DNA of 64,000 bases from a virus, in the IMG/VR virus record IMGVR_UViG_3300021957_000004, one strand, 5' to 3'. A model generated the notes under the pieces. It searched no databases. It saw nothing but the letters and a program-made list of their open reading frames with translations, and was not told the DNA's origin. Of this stretch, positions 48,498 through 57,576 are shown piece by piece. Within the stretch, counting starts at the first letter, position 1. Every line of letters starts with the position of its first letter. The position numbers were made by a program, and so were the translations under genes.

Positions 48498-48656
48498 ATG
48501 ATTACATCCGAGCGACTTAAGAAAGATCAAAGGGAAGCGTTTCGCTATAAAAGGCGATTAAGGGAGAAAGGGAAAGATGGTAAAGCTTTTAGAATGGGAA
48601 AAAAAGCAATCAATCTAACTCATCACATTCGAGAATTACAAACAATAGGAGGATAG
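48498..48656 (+). CDS. 52-aa basic protein, not in ORF track
   Basis: GGGAG SD; MITSERLKKDQRE... Confidence 0.5.
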   Translation: MITSERLKKDQREAFRYKRRLREKGKDGKAFRMGKKAINLTHHIRELQTIGG

Positions 48657-48663
48657 ATTATTA

Positions 48664-48695
48664 GGGGAAGCCCTGGTAATCACTAGGGCGAACCC
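48664..48695 (+). terminator. Stem-loop
   Basis: gccctggt-aatc-actagggc. Confidence 0.5.
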
Positions 48696-48701
48696 ACAAT
48701 T

Positions 48702-48911
48702 ATGATGACAACAAGCACAGAATTACACACCTATCAAAGAGGTGAAAGAAAATCAAAAGTCTTTCGTTCATACGAAGGATTCTACGTAGAATTTTACGTT
48801 GGTGGTAAACTAGTAGAGCGAAGAGCTTTATATGAACACTCAGAAACATATGCAGAAAATGCAGCAGAAAATTTTGTAGACGAGGTGATTACTTTAAATG
48901 AAGGAGAATAA
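48702..48911 (+). CDS. Hypothetical protein
   Basis: HSETYAENAAENFV. Confidence 0.65.
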   Translation: MMTTSTELHTYQRGERKSKVFRSYEGFYVEFYVGGKLVERRALYEHSETYAENAAENFVDEVITLNEGE

Positions 48912-49191
48912 ATTTGATCCTAAAGAGCTAGCGAATTCAAAACGAATATTTAAATCAGCAACTCCAAAATATACTCTTGATTGGTATATTAAATGGGTAG
49001 CTTCAGCATTTGTTTTATCAGCTATGTCAATTAGAGGAATAGAAGGATATGCATTTACGGATGTGGTTCTATCTATGATAGGAATATCACTATGGCTTAT
49101 CGTTAGTATTATATGGAACGATAGAGCTCTTATATTACTGAATGGTTTAGGACTAGGTTTACTATTAAGAACTTTTGCACAATCAATTTAG
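48898..49191 (+). CDS. Three-TM membrane protein
   Basis: DWYIKW...W.DRALILLN. Confidence 0.7.
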   Translation: MKENKFDPKELANSKRIFKSATPKYTLDWYIKWVASAFVLSAMSIRGIEGYAFTDVVLSMIGISLWLIVSIIWNDRALILLNGLGLGLLLRTFAQSI

Positions 49192-49193
49192 GG

Positions 49194-49223
49194 GTTTACA
49201 AACACCTTGAACTGTGGTATAAT
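49194..49223 (+). promoter_or_regulatory. Early promoter, leaderless start
   Basis: GTTTAC-N18-TATAAT, 7 nt gap to ATG 49231. Confidence 0.85.
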
Positions 49224-49230
49224 ATACATT

Positions 49231-49551
49231 ATGATTCAAATACTAAGAGAAATAACAGACTGGGGTAACCAGCAAATATCAAATGGCGACTATTATGTTA
49301 ATAGTCATGGATATCTTATTGGCTATATGCCAAGAGGTAAAGCTTACAAAGAGTTTAAAAATCCAATAAAGCAGTTTTCCAAATCAAGACGTAAATTCCA
49401 ACTTATTGGCGAATGGCCAGAAGAATTACCAGATGGAGCAATAACTGTGAAAGGCAGTAAAGGCAATACATACACAATCATCGATAACAAATGCTCTTGC
49501 CCCGGATTTAAATTCAGGGGTCAGTGCAAACACCTGGAGCAAGCAGCATGA
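49231..49551 (+). CDS. SWIM zinc-finger protein
   Basis: GSKGNTY...CSCPGFKFRGQCKH. Confidence 0.8.
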   Translation: MIQILREITDWGNQQISNGDYYVNSHGYLIGYMPRGKAYKEFKNPIKQFSKSRRKFQLIGEWPEELPDGAITVKGSKGNTYTIIDNKCSCPGFKFRGQCKHLEQAA

Positions 49552-50171
49552 ATATATTCGTATTAAACAATGATCCTATTATTGCAGCACAAGAACAATG
49601 CGACAAACATGTTGTAAAAATGATACTAGAATCCGGTCAAATGCTATCTACAGCACACCGAATGCTAGATGCTACTGAAACACGTGGTCCATCTAAGTCA
49701 GGTAAAACAATGGTCAAGAAATGGATCTTTGAAAATGACGAAAGAGAAGATACACTATACAAAGCAGTTCACATGTATCACCCATGCACAACTTGGACTA
49801 TTGAATCTAAAGATAATTATATCTGGCATTACAAACACTTTGTTGCCTTATGCGAAGAATATACTTACAGATATGGTAAAGTCCACGTAACAGATACAAG
49901 ACTTAGAAAACCATTAGAAAGATTACCAGACAATATAGAAGATAATGGATTAACACAATTTGCATTAGCAATGAAAGCTTTTCCCGATTGTATTACAGAA
50001 TGTCCAGTAGAATCATATCAGAATTATTACCATACTAAATTAGCTTATATGCCAATGGTATGGTCTAAAAGAAAACAACCAGAATGGTTTAATCCTAAGG
50101 CTTATGAAAAAAGCTTTAATAAAATAGACTGGGTAGGTCAAAATTGGGAGCAAGCAAATGCCAACGTATGA
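49548..50171 (+). CDS. Pyrimidine-dimer DNA glycosylase (DenV family)-like protein
   Basis: MNIFVL, DKHVVKMILESGQMLST, HPCT.W, EYTYRYGKVH. Confidence 0.75.
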   Translation: MNIFVLNNDPIIAAQEQCDKHVVKMILESGQMLSTAHRMLDATETRGPSKSGKTMVKKWIFENDEREDTLYKAVHMYHPCTTWTIESKDNYIWHYKHFVALCEEYTYRYGKVHVTDTRLRKPLERLPDNIEDNGLTQFALAMKAFPDCITECPVESYQNYYHTKLAYMPMVWSKRKQPEWFNPKAYEKSFNKIDWVGQNWEQANANV

Positions 50172-50409
50172 TTTTAAAAATTTAGAAACTGGTGAGATAG
50201 AGATAGATAGAATAATGACTATTGCTCAGATGGAAGAATATGTTAAAGATCCTAATATCACACAACTTATCAATCCGCCTAAACATAATCTTATTGGCGG
50301 TAAAGATGGTGCAGTATTGAAACAAGCTGGAGATGGTTGGAAAGAGGTTCAAGATAGAATAAAAAGCGGTATGCCGCCAGCTGATAGAGGTTTAATTAAT
50401 ACGAAATAA
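50158..50409 (+). CDS. FmdB-like small protein
   Basis: MPTYDFKN..TGE. Confidence 0.6.
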   Translation: MPTYDFKNLETGEIEIDRIMTIAQMEEYVKDPNITQLINPPKHNLIGGKDGAVLKQAGDGWKEVQDRIKSGMPPADRGLINTK

Positions 50410-51065
50410 TGATAGAATATGATCCAATAGAAATCAATACTGATTTAGAACAACACACAAAAAAGACTGGTAGGTATTATACCGATCCAGATGGTAATAG
50501 ATATTATTCTGTTACAACAGTATTATCCATATTAAATAAAGCAGCTATAATGGCATGGCGCAAGCGCGTAGGAAACGAAGAAGCAAATCGTATATCTTCG
50601 CAAGCTGCTACTCGTGGTACAAAAGTACACGATATGATAGAAAAATATATTGTAGGAGAAGATTTTGCTAAGGATAATTTAGTAGCATTATCTAACTTTA
50701 AAGATATACAACCTATTATAGATAAGAATTTAACAAAAATCCATGCAGTCGAAGCAAGGTTATTCTCTAAGCATTTAGGGTTAGCTGGAACAGTAGATTG
50801 TGTAGGTATTTGGGATGGCAAACTTAGCATTATTGATTGGAAAACATCCAAGAAATTTAAAAAGAAAGAGTGGTGCGAAAACTACTTTATGCAAGCTTCC
50901 GCGTATGCAATTATGTGGGAAGAAAGAACTGGTATACCTATTACTAATTTGGTAGTAGCAATTGCTGGTGACGAAGGTACTCAGATCTTTATTGAACATA
51001 GAGATGACTGGGATAAAAAATTAATTGAAACTATAACAGAATATAATAGGAGAAAAAACAAATGA
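50409..51065 (+). CDS. PD-(D/E)xK exonuclease (Cas4/RecB-like)
   Basis: YSVTTVL, RGTKVH, AGTVDC, IIDWKTS, Q..AY. Confidence 0.88.
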   Translation: MIEYDPIEINTDLEQHTKKTGRYYTDPDGNRYYSVTTVLSILNKAAIMAWRKRVGNEEANRISSQAATRGTKVHDMIEKYIVGEDFAKDNLVALSNFKDIQPIIDKNLTKIHAVEARLFSKHLGLAGTVDCVGIWDGKLSIIDWKTSKKFKKKEWCENYFMQASAYAIMWEERTGIPITNLVVAIAGDEGTQIFIEHRDDWDKKLIETITEYNRRKNK

Positions 51066-51565
51066 TAGGAGTAAACGAAACGTTCCCGACATTCCATATG
51101 AATGGAGTAGAAGGAGAAGAAATAGTAACAAGAAATAGTTCCGACTATACTGGATGGAGAGTATTTTACTTTTACCCAAAAGACTTTACCTTTATTTGTC
51201 CGACAGAGATCTGTGCAATGGATAAATTACTTGGAGAAGCTATCGTGGTAGGATTTAGTGGAGACAATGAATTCTGTAAAAAAGCTTGGAAAGAATCTAA
51301 CGAAGCGTTAGGTAATATCAGACATCCACTATTAGCAGATTGCGGATTAAAATTATCCCATGAACTAGGTATAGTAGACTTTGGAGCACTTGCATCTTTA
51401 AGAGCAACATACATTGTTGACCCAGAAGACAAGATCCAACATGTATCAGTAAATGCATTAGATACAGGAAGAAATGCAGATGAGGTTTTAAGAACTGTAC
51501 AAGGTCTTAAAGCTGGCGGTTTAACAGGTTGCTCGTGGAATCCGGGTGACGATTTTGTGGTATAA
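51062..51565 (+). CDS. ahpC: Peroxiredoxin AhpC
   Basis: FYPKDFTFICPTEI, RATYIVDP, GRNADEVLR. Confidence 0.93.
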   Translation: MIGVNETFPTFHMNGVEGEEIVTRNSSDYTGWRVFYFYPKDFTFICPTEICAMDKLLGEAIVVGFSGDNEFCKKAWKESNEALGNIRHPLLADCGLKLSHELGIVDFGALASLRATYIVDPEDKIQHVSVNALDTGRNADEVLRTVQGLKAGGLTGCSWNPGDDFVV

Positions 51566-51568
51566 AAT

Positions 51569-51778
51569 ATGGTAAATTACACAGGACCTTTATTAGAAGC
51601 TTTGATTGTAAAATTAGAAGGCGATATCGCAGTAGCAAAGGCTAACATTAATGTTTACAAAAGAAATGCTGCCGGCATCGGTGAGCATTCAGGTATAGTA
51701 GAATCTTTAGAGATAGAGATAGCTAAAATTGCTGAAGCAGATGATAAAATTGAAACAATAAGAAAACATTTTATATAA
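51569..51778 (+). CDS. Conserved small phage protein
   Basis: GIGEHS motif, coiled coil. Confidence 0.65.
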   Translation: MVNYTGPLLEALIVKLEGDIAVAKANINVYKRNAAGIGEHSGIVESLEIEIAKIAEADDKIETIRKHFI

Positions 51779-51814
51779 ATAGTAGTTTACAAACCACTAA
51801 AACTGTGGTATAAT
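51774..51814 (+). promoter_or_regulatory. Tandem late (TATAAATA) and early promoters
   Basis: TATAAATA 51774; GTTTAC 51785; TATAAT 51809. Confidence 0.8.
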
Positions 51815-51820
51815 ACTACT

Positions 51821-52417
51821 ATGATAAACTTTAAAACATATCTGTCGGAAGCGTCTAATAAAGGTTTAACGATCTTTGATATTGATGACACTATGTTTAA
51901 GACAAAAGCTAGAGTTAAGGTTATGCCTTCTGGCAAAGTTCTTACCCCAAAACAATTTAACACTTATAAATTAGGTAAAGGCGAAGAGTTTGACTTTGGT
52001 GAATTTAAATCAGCAGAGTTATTTAAACAAACTGCTGTGCCAATTGGTAAGATGATTAATAAGTTTAATGCTATTCTGAAAAACGCTGTTAGATCAGGAT
52101 CAAAAGTTATCATAGTAACTGCTCGTGCAGATATGGACGACAAGAAACTTTTCCTAGATACATTTAGATCTCATGGGATAGATATTGATAAAGCACATAT
52201 TATTCGAGCAGGTAATCTAGGTATGAAATCAAGTGCTGCAGCCAAAGCACAAGTATTCAAACAATTTCTAGACACAAATGAATACAGTAGAATTAGGCTA
52301 TTTGATGATGATAAGAGTAACTTAAAAGCATTGTTATCTCTCAAAAGCGATTATAACGACATAGAGTTTGAAGCTTGGCTAGCGAATGACAAAGGTCAAA
52401 TTAAAAAGGTGAGATAG
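51821..52417 (+). CDS. HAD-superfamily phosphatase with CTS-like N-terminus
   Basis: IFDIDDT, VTAR, K, LFDDD..N; MINFKTYLSEA. Confidence 0.8.
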   Translation: MINFKTYLSEASNKGLTIFDIDDTMFKTKARVKVMPSGKVLTPKQFNTYKLGKGEEFDFGEFKSAELFKQTAVPIGKMINKFNAILKNAVRSGSKVIIVTARADMDDKKLFLDTFRSHGIDIDKAHIIRAGNLGMKSSAAAKAQVFKQFLDTNEYSRIRLFDDDKSNLKALLSLKSDYNDIEFEAWLANDKGQIKKVR

Positions 52418-52418
52418 T

Positions 52419-52631
52419 ATGCCCATTAAATTTAAAGAATCCCAAACAGTAAGGGATAGAAACACTGGTAAGTTAACAACAACAAATTACTGGATGAAAG
52501 GTATTTCGAAAGAAGAGTTATTTGAATATATCAATAACGACAACGGAAGAAATAAAATTAAACAAAAGTGTAGAAACGAATTAGTTCGTAGAGGTGTTGA
52601 AATAGTATATGTCCCGAAAGAAGGAATATGA
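52419..52631 (+). CDS. Hypothetical protein
   Basis: KIKQKCRNELVRRG. Confidence 0.6.
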   Translation: MPIKFKESQTVRDRNTGKLTTTNYWMKGISKEELFEYINNDNGRNKIKQKCRNELVRRGVEIVYVPKEGI

Positions 52632-52715
52632 TTGGATGCTTAAACCTATTAGCGCAAGAGCTAAAAGAATTCGTGACGTTTCTAAAAAGGTAGATGCGTA
52701 TAGAGCAGGTGTAAG

Positions 52716-52946
52716 ATGAGTATTAATAAAAGTAATTGGCATGGTGGAAAGGGTTCCAAAAGAAGAAACTCTAATGAATCCGCGTATGCTGACAATTGGG
52801 AAAAAATCTTTGGTAAAAAGAAGCCAGAAATAAAAGCTAGAAAGACTCAACCCGAGCATTCAAAAACCCAAGTACATAAAGATAAGTCAAAACAGCTCCC
52901 TAGAAAGTATAAATATAACCATATAGAGGATAGCATAAGTACATGA
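52716..52946 (+). CDS. Small basic hypothetical protein
   Basis: GGKGSKRR...NWEKIFGK. Confidence 0.6.
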   Translation: MSINKSNWHGGKGSKRRNSNESAYADNWEKIFGKKKPEIKARKTQPEHSKTQVHKDKSKQLPRKYKYNHIEDSIST

Positions 52947-53209
52947 GTATAGACATAGATAAGTTTGATTTTGGGTTTACTGCAGTAGATGAATCTGAAT
53001 TAGAAGCGGTACAAAAAACTACTGCTAAATTAGAATCATCAGATAGTGAATCAGCCGCGTTAGAGGACAAATTAAATAAACTCTATAATGCTATATTACC
53101 TTTATTAAGTAATTTAAAAATGAATCCAGAAAAAGAATATATACTTTGGCCGAATAGGGTAGAAAAAGTAGAAGAATTCGAAGACATGATATCGGAGATA
53201 ATTAAATAA
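52943..53209 (+). CDS. Conserved hypothetical protein (late)
   Basis: FDFGFTAVDE...YILWPNR; TATAAATA upstream at ~52908. Confidence 0.7.
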   Translation: MSIDIDKFDFGFTAVDESELEAVQKTTAKLESSDSESAALEDKLNKLYNAILPLLSNLKMNPEKEYILWPNRVEKVEEFEDMISEIIK

Positions 53210-53958
53210 TGCCACAAGTACCAACTACTAATATTTCAATGTCAGCTATTAATGCTGAGCAAGCTGGGGTTGATAGTACTAATTTAAGAGTATTATCGAC
53301 TACTGGCGCTATAACTACAGGGCAAGCGATTGCTACTCTTGATGGTACAGCACCGCATAGCATGAATGAGTTTGCTGGATATTTACATACCTCTATAGGT
53401 AGTTTCCCAAGCTTAAACGACTGGGATACAAATAACATCCGTCAAGTTTCTTCTGGTGGTTATGATAATGCACAAACTTTTTGTTCAATATCCTTTAATA
53501 ACGAACAGTCGAACAATAGGGTTAAAGTAACATATTACGGCGGAACAAATGCATCCATTGCAACCACATATACTAAATATATAGACTATACTGGGTATAC
53601 AGGAACTATTAAAGTACAATATAATAGCACTGGTTCTTTTCTTGGTAATCCTGGTACTTCTTACTATTATCCACCTTTTGGGTGGCCTGGTCATGCAAGT
53701 AATAGCACAACCATCTCTTATACTAATTCCGGGGCTAAAAAGAATCAAGCGACTGATTATGATATACCAACAAGTGGAGACGTTCAATTTAAATGGCTAG
53801 TGGTAACAAATGCTACGCGAAACCAAAGCCAACAAAGATACACAACGCATAATGGCGTAACTTTTAAAGTTAGTTTTACATCTGGTGGAGATGTTTATGA
53901 CACTACTTCGGGTTCAAAAAACATTACGAATAATGCCATTAAAGGTATGCAGCTTTAA
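53209..53958 (+). CDS. Probable virion structural/tail-fibre-associated protein
   Basis: T/S/G/N-rich; ISMSAIN.E and PHSMNEFAGY motifs. Confidence 0.5.
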   Translation: MPQVPTTNISMSAINAEQAGVDSTNLRVLSTTGAITTGQAIATLDGTAPHSMNEFAGYLHTSIGSFPSLNDWDTNNIRQVSSGGYDNAQTFCSISFNNEQSNNRVKVTYYGGTNASIATTYTKYIDYTGYTGTIKVQYNSTGSFLGNPGTSYYYPPFGWPGHASNSTTISYTNSGAKKNQATDYDIPTSGDVQFKWLVVTNATRNQSQQRYTTHNGVTFKVSFTSGGDVYDTTSGSKNITNNAIKGMQL

Positions 53959-53971
53959 TACGTATAAATAA

Positions 53972-54439
53972 ATGGTAAACATAAAAGAGGATTTAAAATT
54001 GGATATTAATAAATTAAGAGAACAACTCATCATAGATGAAGGACAAGTGAATGAAATATATAATGATCACCTTGGTTATCCTACATTCGGCATTGGCCAT
54101 CTCGTCTTGGAAGGAGACGCAGAACATGGGGCTTCGGTTGGCACTCCAGTCACAGAAGAACGTGTTAAAGCATGTTTTGAAAAAGACGTAGAAACAGTAA
54201 TTGGAGATTGTAAAATATTACATGATGCTTGGGATGGATATCCTGAAGAAGCTAAACAAGTAATAGCTAACATGATGTTCAATATGGGTAGAACAAGGTT
54301 AAGTAAATTTAAAAAACATAATACCGCACTGCAAAGTGGGGATTGGAAAACAGCCGCTGCAGAAGGAAGAGATTCCAGATGGTATAAACAAGTGACAAAT
54401 CGAGCAGAACGATTAATGTCAAGATTAGAGGAAATATAA
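53972..54439 (+). CDS. T4-type lysozyme (GH24) endolysin
   Basis: DEG...YNDHLGYPTFGIGHL, NMMFNMG, SRWYKQVTNRA; TATAAATA upstream. Confidence 0.93.
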   Translation: MVNIKEDLKLDINKLREQLIIDEGQVNEIYNDHLGYPTFGIGHLVLEGDAEHGASVGTPVTEERVKACFEKDVETVIGDCKILHDAWDGYPEEAKQVIANMMFNMGRTRLSKFKKHNTALQSGDWKTAAAEGRDSRWYKQVTNRAERLMSRLEEI

Positions 54440-54440
54440 A

Positions 54441-54692
54441 ATGTCAGTACTAAGATTATTAGGATCAGAAGGCAATTTAGGTTCAGCATCTAATGTAGGT
54501 TTTGCTAAGTTAGTAAGAGTACTAAATAACAAAACATCTGTACAAGTTATCACACATAAAAACGCTGGTGGTACTACACTAGCTACAGTTACTTTAGCAG
54601 CCGGAGAAGTTGCTATGATAGCAAAGTCCGGATCAGATACATTAACAGGCGCAGCAACTTCACTAGCAGTTAGTGTTGGGTTTGCCAATTAA
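54441..54692 (+). CDS. Small beta-rich hypothetical (virion?) protein
   Basis: Coupled ORF, A/G/T/S-rich. Confidence 0.6.
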   Translation: MSVLRLLGSEGNLGSASNVGFAKLVRVLNNKTSVQVITHKNAGGTTLATVTLAAGEVAMIAKSGSDTLTGAATSLAVSVGFAN

Positions 54693-54697
54693 GAAAA

Positions 54698-55132
54698 ATG
54701 GCTTACTCAAGTAAGGTAGTAGATCGATTCGAAGATGTACTAAAGAATCCTGCCAAACATGGTGTTGGTAGATTCGACCCCAACGATCCAAATGTTGTAA
54801 CCGGTATGACTGGTGCTCCAGCATGCGGCGATGTTATGAAGTTGGATCTTAAATTAAATCCAGACACAGAAGAAATACTAGATGTTAAATTTAAAACATA
54901 TGGGTGTGGAAGTGCAATTGCATCATCTACACTTTTTGTTGAAATGCTTAAAGGTAAAACAATTGCAGAAGCAAAACTTATTAAAGATAAAGACATTGCA
55001 GCAGCACTTGAATTACCTCCAATCAAACTCCACTGTTCTGTATTAGCAGAAGATTCAATTAGACAAGCAATTACTAAATGGGAAGAAAAAGTTTCTCATC
55101 GTAAACACAATCAACATGATAGATCTAACTGA
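54698..55132 (+). CDS. iscU: Fe-S cluster scaffold IscU
   Basis: GAPACGDVM, KTYGCGSAIASS, LPPIKLHCS. Confidence 0.95.
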   Translation: MAYSSKVVDRFEDVLKNPAKHGVGRFDPNDPNVVTGMTGAPACGDVMKLDLKLNPDTEEILDVKFKTYGCGSAIASSTLFVEMLKGKTIAEAKLIKDKDIAAALELPPIKLHCSVLAEDSIRQAITKWEEKVSHRKHNQHDRSN

Positions 55133-55433
55133 TGCTGCGATCAGTCAGGCGATTAGCCAAACGGAGAATAATGGCAACGATACTATTCGAGTTGGCATTA
55201 CTGGCGGCGGGTGTACTGGTTATAAGTATGTTATCCGTTTCGCTGGCTCTATTCATTCAACAGATCACATCCTAGATTACGGCAAGTTTTCTATAGTAAT
55301 AGATGAGGATTCTCTTCCTCTTTTAAAAGGTTCTACTCTTGACTATGTTCAGGAAGGACTTAATCAATCATATAAGATAATCAATCCCCAAGAAACTGCA
55401 TCCTGCGGTTGCGGTGTTAGTATTTCATTCTAG
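55116..55433 (+). CDS. iscA: A-type Fe-S carrier IscA/HesB
   Basis: GGGCTG, LDY, NP...SCGCG.S. Confidence 0.92.
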   Translation: MIDLTDAAISQAISQTENNGNDTIRVGITGGGCTGYKYVIRFAGSIHSTDHILDYGKFSIVIDEDSLPLLKGSTLDYVQEGLNQSYKIINPQETASCGCGVSISF

Positions 55434-55445
55434 CACTTTAAATTA

Positions 55446-55453
55446 TATAAATA
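55446..55453 (+). promoter_or_regulatory. Late promoter heading the curli-like operon
   Basis: TATAAATA, 5 nt gap to ATG 55459. Confidence 0.75.
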
Positions 55454-55458
55454 GATAC

Positions 55459-55752
55459 ATGGAAATATTTGAACTGATTATGGAAGTAGGTGCACCTGTT
55501 GCAGGCGCATTACTTATGGGTTATTTTATATTCCTAATATTAAAACAGATATTAGGTGGCTTGGTTGATTCGATTGCGACTTTAACTATGTTCTGTAAGA
55601 GCTTAGAAACAAGAGTTACAACAATGAACAACGAGATGATTAAAATAGATCTATTAGTAAGTAGTGCATTAGAGCTTACTCCACCTGTCGATAGAGTTGC
55701 TAGAGCAAGTAACTTTGTTGAAGATGGCAAAATAGACGCAAGGAGAGATTAA
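55459..55752 (+). CDS. TM plus coiled-coil protein (paralogue 1)
   Basis: GAPVAGALLMGYFIF. Confidence 0.65.
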   Translation: MEIFELIMEVGAPVAGALLMGYFIFLILKQILGGLVDSIATLTMFCKSLETRVTTMNNEMIKIDLLVSSALELTPPVDRVARASNFVEDGKIDARRD

Positions 55753-55753
55753 A

Positions 55754-56068
55754 ATGGAAGAGGTAGCTTTAGTTACTAGTAGCGATCCAACCATAGTATC
55801 ACTTATTAATGATTATGGTTTTCCAATCGTACTTGCTGTCGGAATGGGATATTTTATCTACTACGTATGGCAATTTATTTCCAATGAACTGGAACCTGAA
55901 ATAGAAAAAATGCACTTTGCATTAATCAGGTTAATTGATCAGGTAAGAATGCTTGATCAAGATATGATTAGATTACAGCAAAAAGTAAATGTTGTTCTCG
56001 AATATAGGGAAAGACAAAAATTCCTAGAAGAAGCAGAAGGAAAAATAAAGAATGAAGAAACCACCTAG
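55754..56068 (+). CDS. TM plus coiled-coil protein (paralogue 2)
   Basis: GFPIVLAVGMGYFIY. Confidence 0.65.
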   Translation: MEEVALVTSSDPTIVSLINDYGFPIVLAVGMGYFIYYVWQFISNELEPEIEKMHFALIRLIDQVRMLDQDMIRLQQKVNVVLEYRERQKFLEEAEGKIKNEETT

Positions 56069-56618
56069 CGCAGGAATGAATCCCTGGTTATTAACCGGAG
56101 TTATGTTTGTAGCAATCTTGCTACTTTCTTCTGTCAATATAAAGGCAGATGAGCTTGTACACGAATTTAAGAATCCGTCCTTTTCGGGGATTGGAAGTTC
56201 TGCCCATTACCTAACAGTAGAGAACCAAGAGAAATCTAGAAGAGATGCTATCAAAAAAGATATAGAAGCAGCTCTAAAACAGGCAGAAAGAGATGCAGAG
56301 AATACCACACTTGCTAAATTTATGCGTAACCTCGAAAGTAGGATTTACGCACAACTATCTAAACAACTGGTAGAAGAGTTATTTAAAACATGTTCAGTAG
56401 AAGCAGTAGCAGCTGGAACTTGTTCAGAAACAACATTCGGTAGTTTTGTATTAGAAGGTAATACAATAACATATCAAAAAACAATGTGTGATGCATCCCT
56501 TTGGGCTTGTACTCAAGGAGATGATGTTATTGTTATGACAATCGTGGCAGAAGATGGAACAGAAACTCAAATAGTAATACCAATAGGTGCGGGGACAGTA
56601 GGCAGTGGAGATGGTTAG
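56052..56618 (+). CDS. csgF: Curli assembly protein CsgF-like
   Basis: Signal peptide then ELVHEFKNPSFSG; LESRIYAQLS. Confidence 0.82.
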   Translation: MKKPPSAGMNPWLLTGVMFVAILLLSSVNIKADELVHEFKNPSFSGIGSSAHYLTVENQEKSRRDAIKKDIEAALKQAERDAENTTLAKFMRNLESRIYAQLSKQLVEELFKTCSVEAVAAGTCSETTFGSFVLEGNTITYQKTMCDASLWACTQGDDVIVMTIVAEDGTETQIVIPIGAGTVGSGDG

Positions 56619-57576
56619 AAATCTATTTTTAATATCATTACTTGGCTTACTTGCCAGTTGTGCCTCTGTTGTACCTCCAGGAGGATTAAAATCTACTGGT
56701 TGCAATCCTAATTTAAATTTACAATGTGTAGAAGAACCACAAGTGGTTGAAATGCCTACACATAAAGAATTAAGAAGTTTACCGTCACCAGCTAAACCGG
56801 TTGTTGTAGCTGTATATCAATATATGGACAAGACTGGGCAAAGAAAACAGAAAGGTAATGCAGCAATGTTTAGTACTGCAGTATCACAGGGCGGTGAAAC
56901 AATGCTAATCGATGCATTGAAAAGTGCTGGTGAAGGAACGTGGTTTAGAGTGGTAGAAAGAGTAGGATTAGATCACCTTACTCGAGAACGACAGATCGTT
57001 CGTACTACTAGAGAACAGTATAACACTGATGGAAAAGATGAAACAGGTCTTGCTCCATTATTGTTCGCTGGAATTATTCTTGAAGGCGGTATCATAGGTT
57101 TTGATACTAATATTGAGACAGGAGGAATAGGAGCTAGAACGCTTGGTGTTGGTTACTCACAACAATACCGAAGAGATATAGTTACAGTATCCCTCCGAGC
57201 AGTGAGTACTTTAACTGGAGAAATCCTATTAAATGTACAGACATCAAAAACTATTCTGTCGATCGCAGATGGTTATGATGTATTTAAATTCGTTGACTTA
57301 GATACCCAATTGATAGAGATCGAAGATGGTATGACAGAAAACGAATCAGTAACACGGTCGCTTCGCTCAACAATTGAAGCAGCTGTGTTGGAAATAATCT
57401 ATCAGGGAGATGAACGAGGATTCTGGGAAATCAATTGGCCAGTAAATAAAATAATAGAAGGTAAAGTTGGTGAGATTATCGACGAAGCTGAAATTATTCT
57501 TACTAAGCCTATTGAAAAATCAGATCTACCTATTGAAGTTCCTACTCCTGATAATATAGAGGAAATAAGAGGATGA
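56605..57576 (+). CDS. csgG: Curli secretion channel CsgG lipoprotein
   Basis: LASC lipobox, DKTGQRK, FSTAVSQG, WFRVVER, ERQIVR, EGGIIGFD. Confidence 0.92.
   Translation: MEMVRNLFLISLLGLLASCASVVPPGGLKSTGCNPNLNLQCVEEPQVVEMPTHKELRSLPSPAKPVVVAVYQYMDKTGQRKQKGNAAMFSTAVSQGGETMLIDALKSAGEGTWFRVVERVGLDHLTRERQIVRTTREQYNTDGKDETGLAPLLFAGIILEGGIIGFDTNIETGGIGARTLGVGYSQQYRRDIVTVSLRAVSTLTGEILLNVQTSKTILSIADGYDVFKFVDLDTQLIEIEDGMTENESVTRSLRSTIEAAVLEIIYQGDERGFWEINWPVNKIIEGKVGEIIDEAEIILTKPIEKSDLPIEVPTPDNIEEIRG

Noticed and set aside
50409-51065. CRISPR-Cas (Cas4) system
   Set aside because: No repeat-spacer array or other cas genes; this is the common stand-alone phage exonuclease
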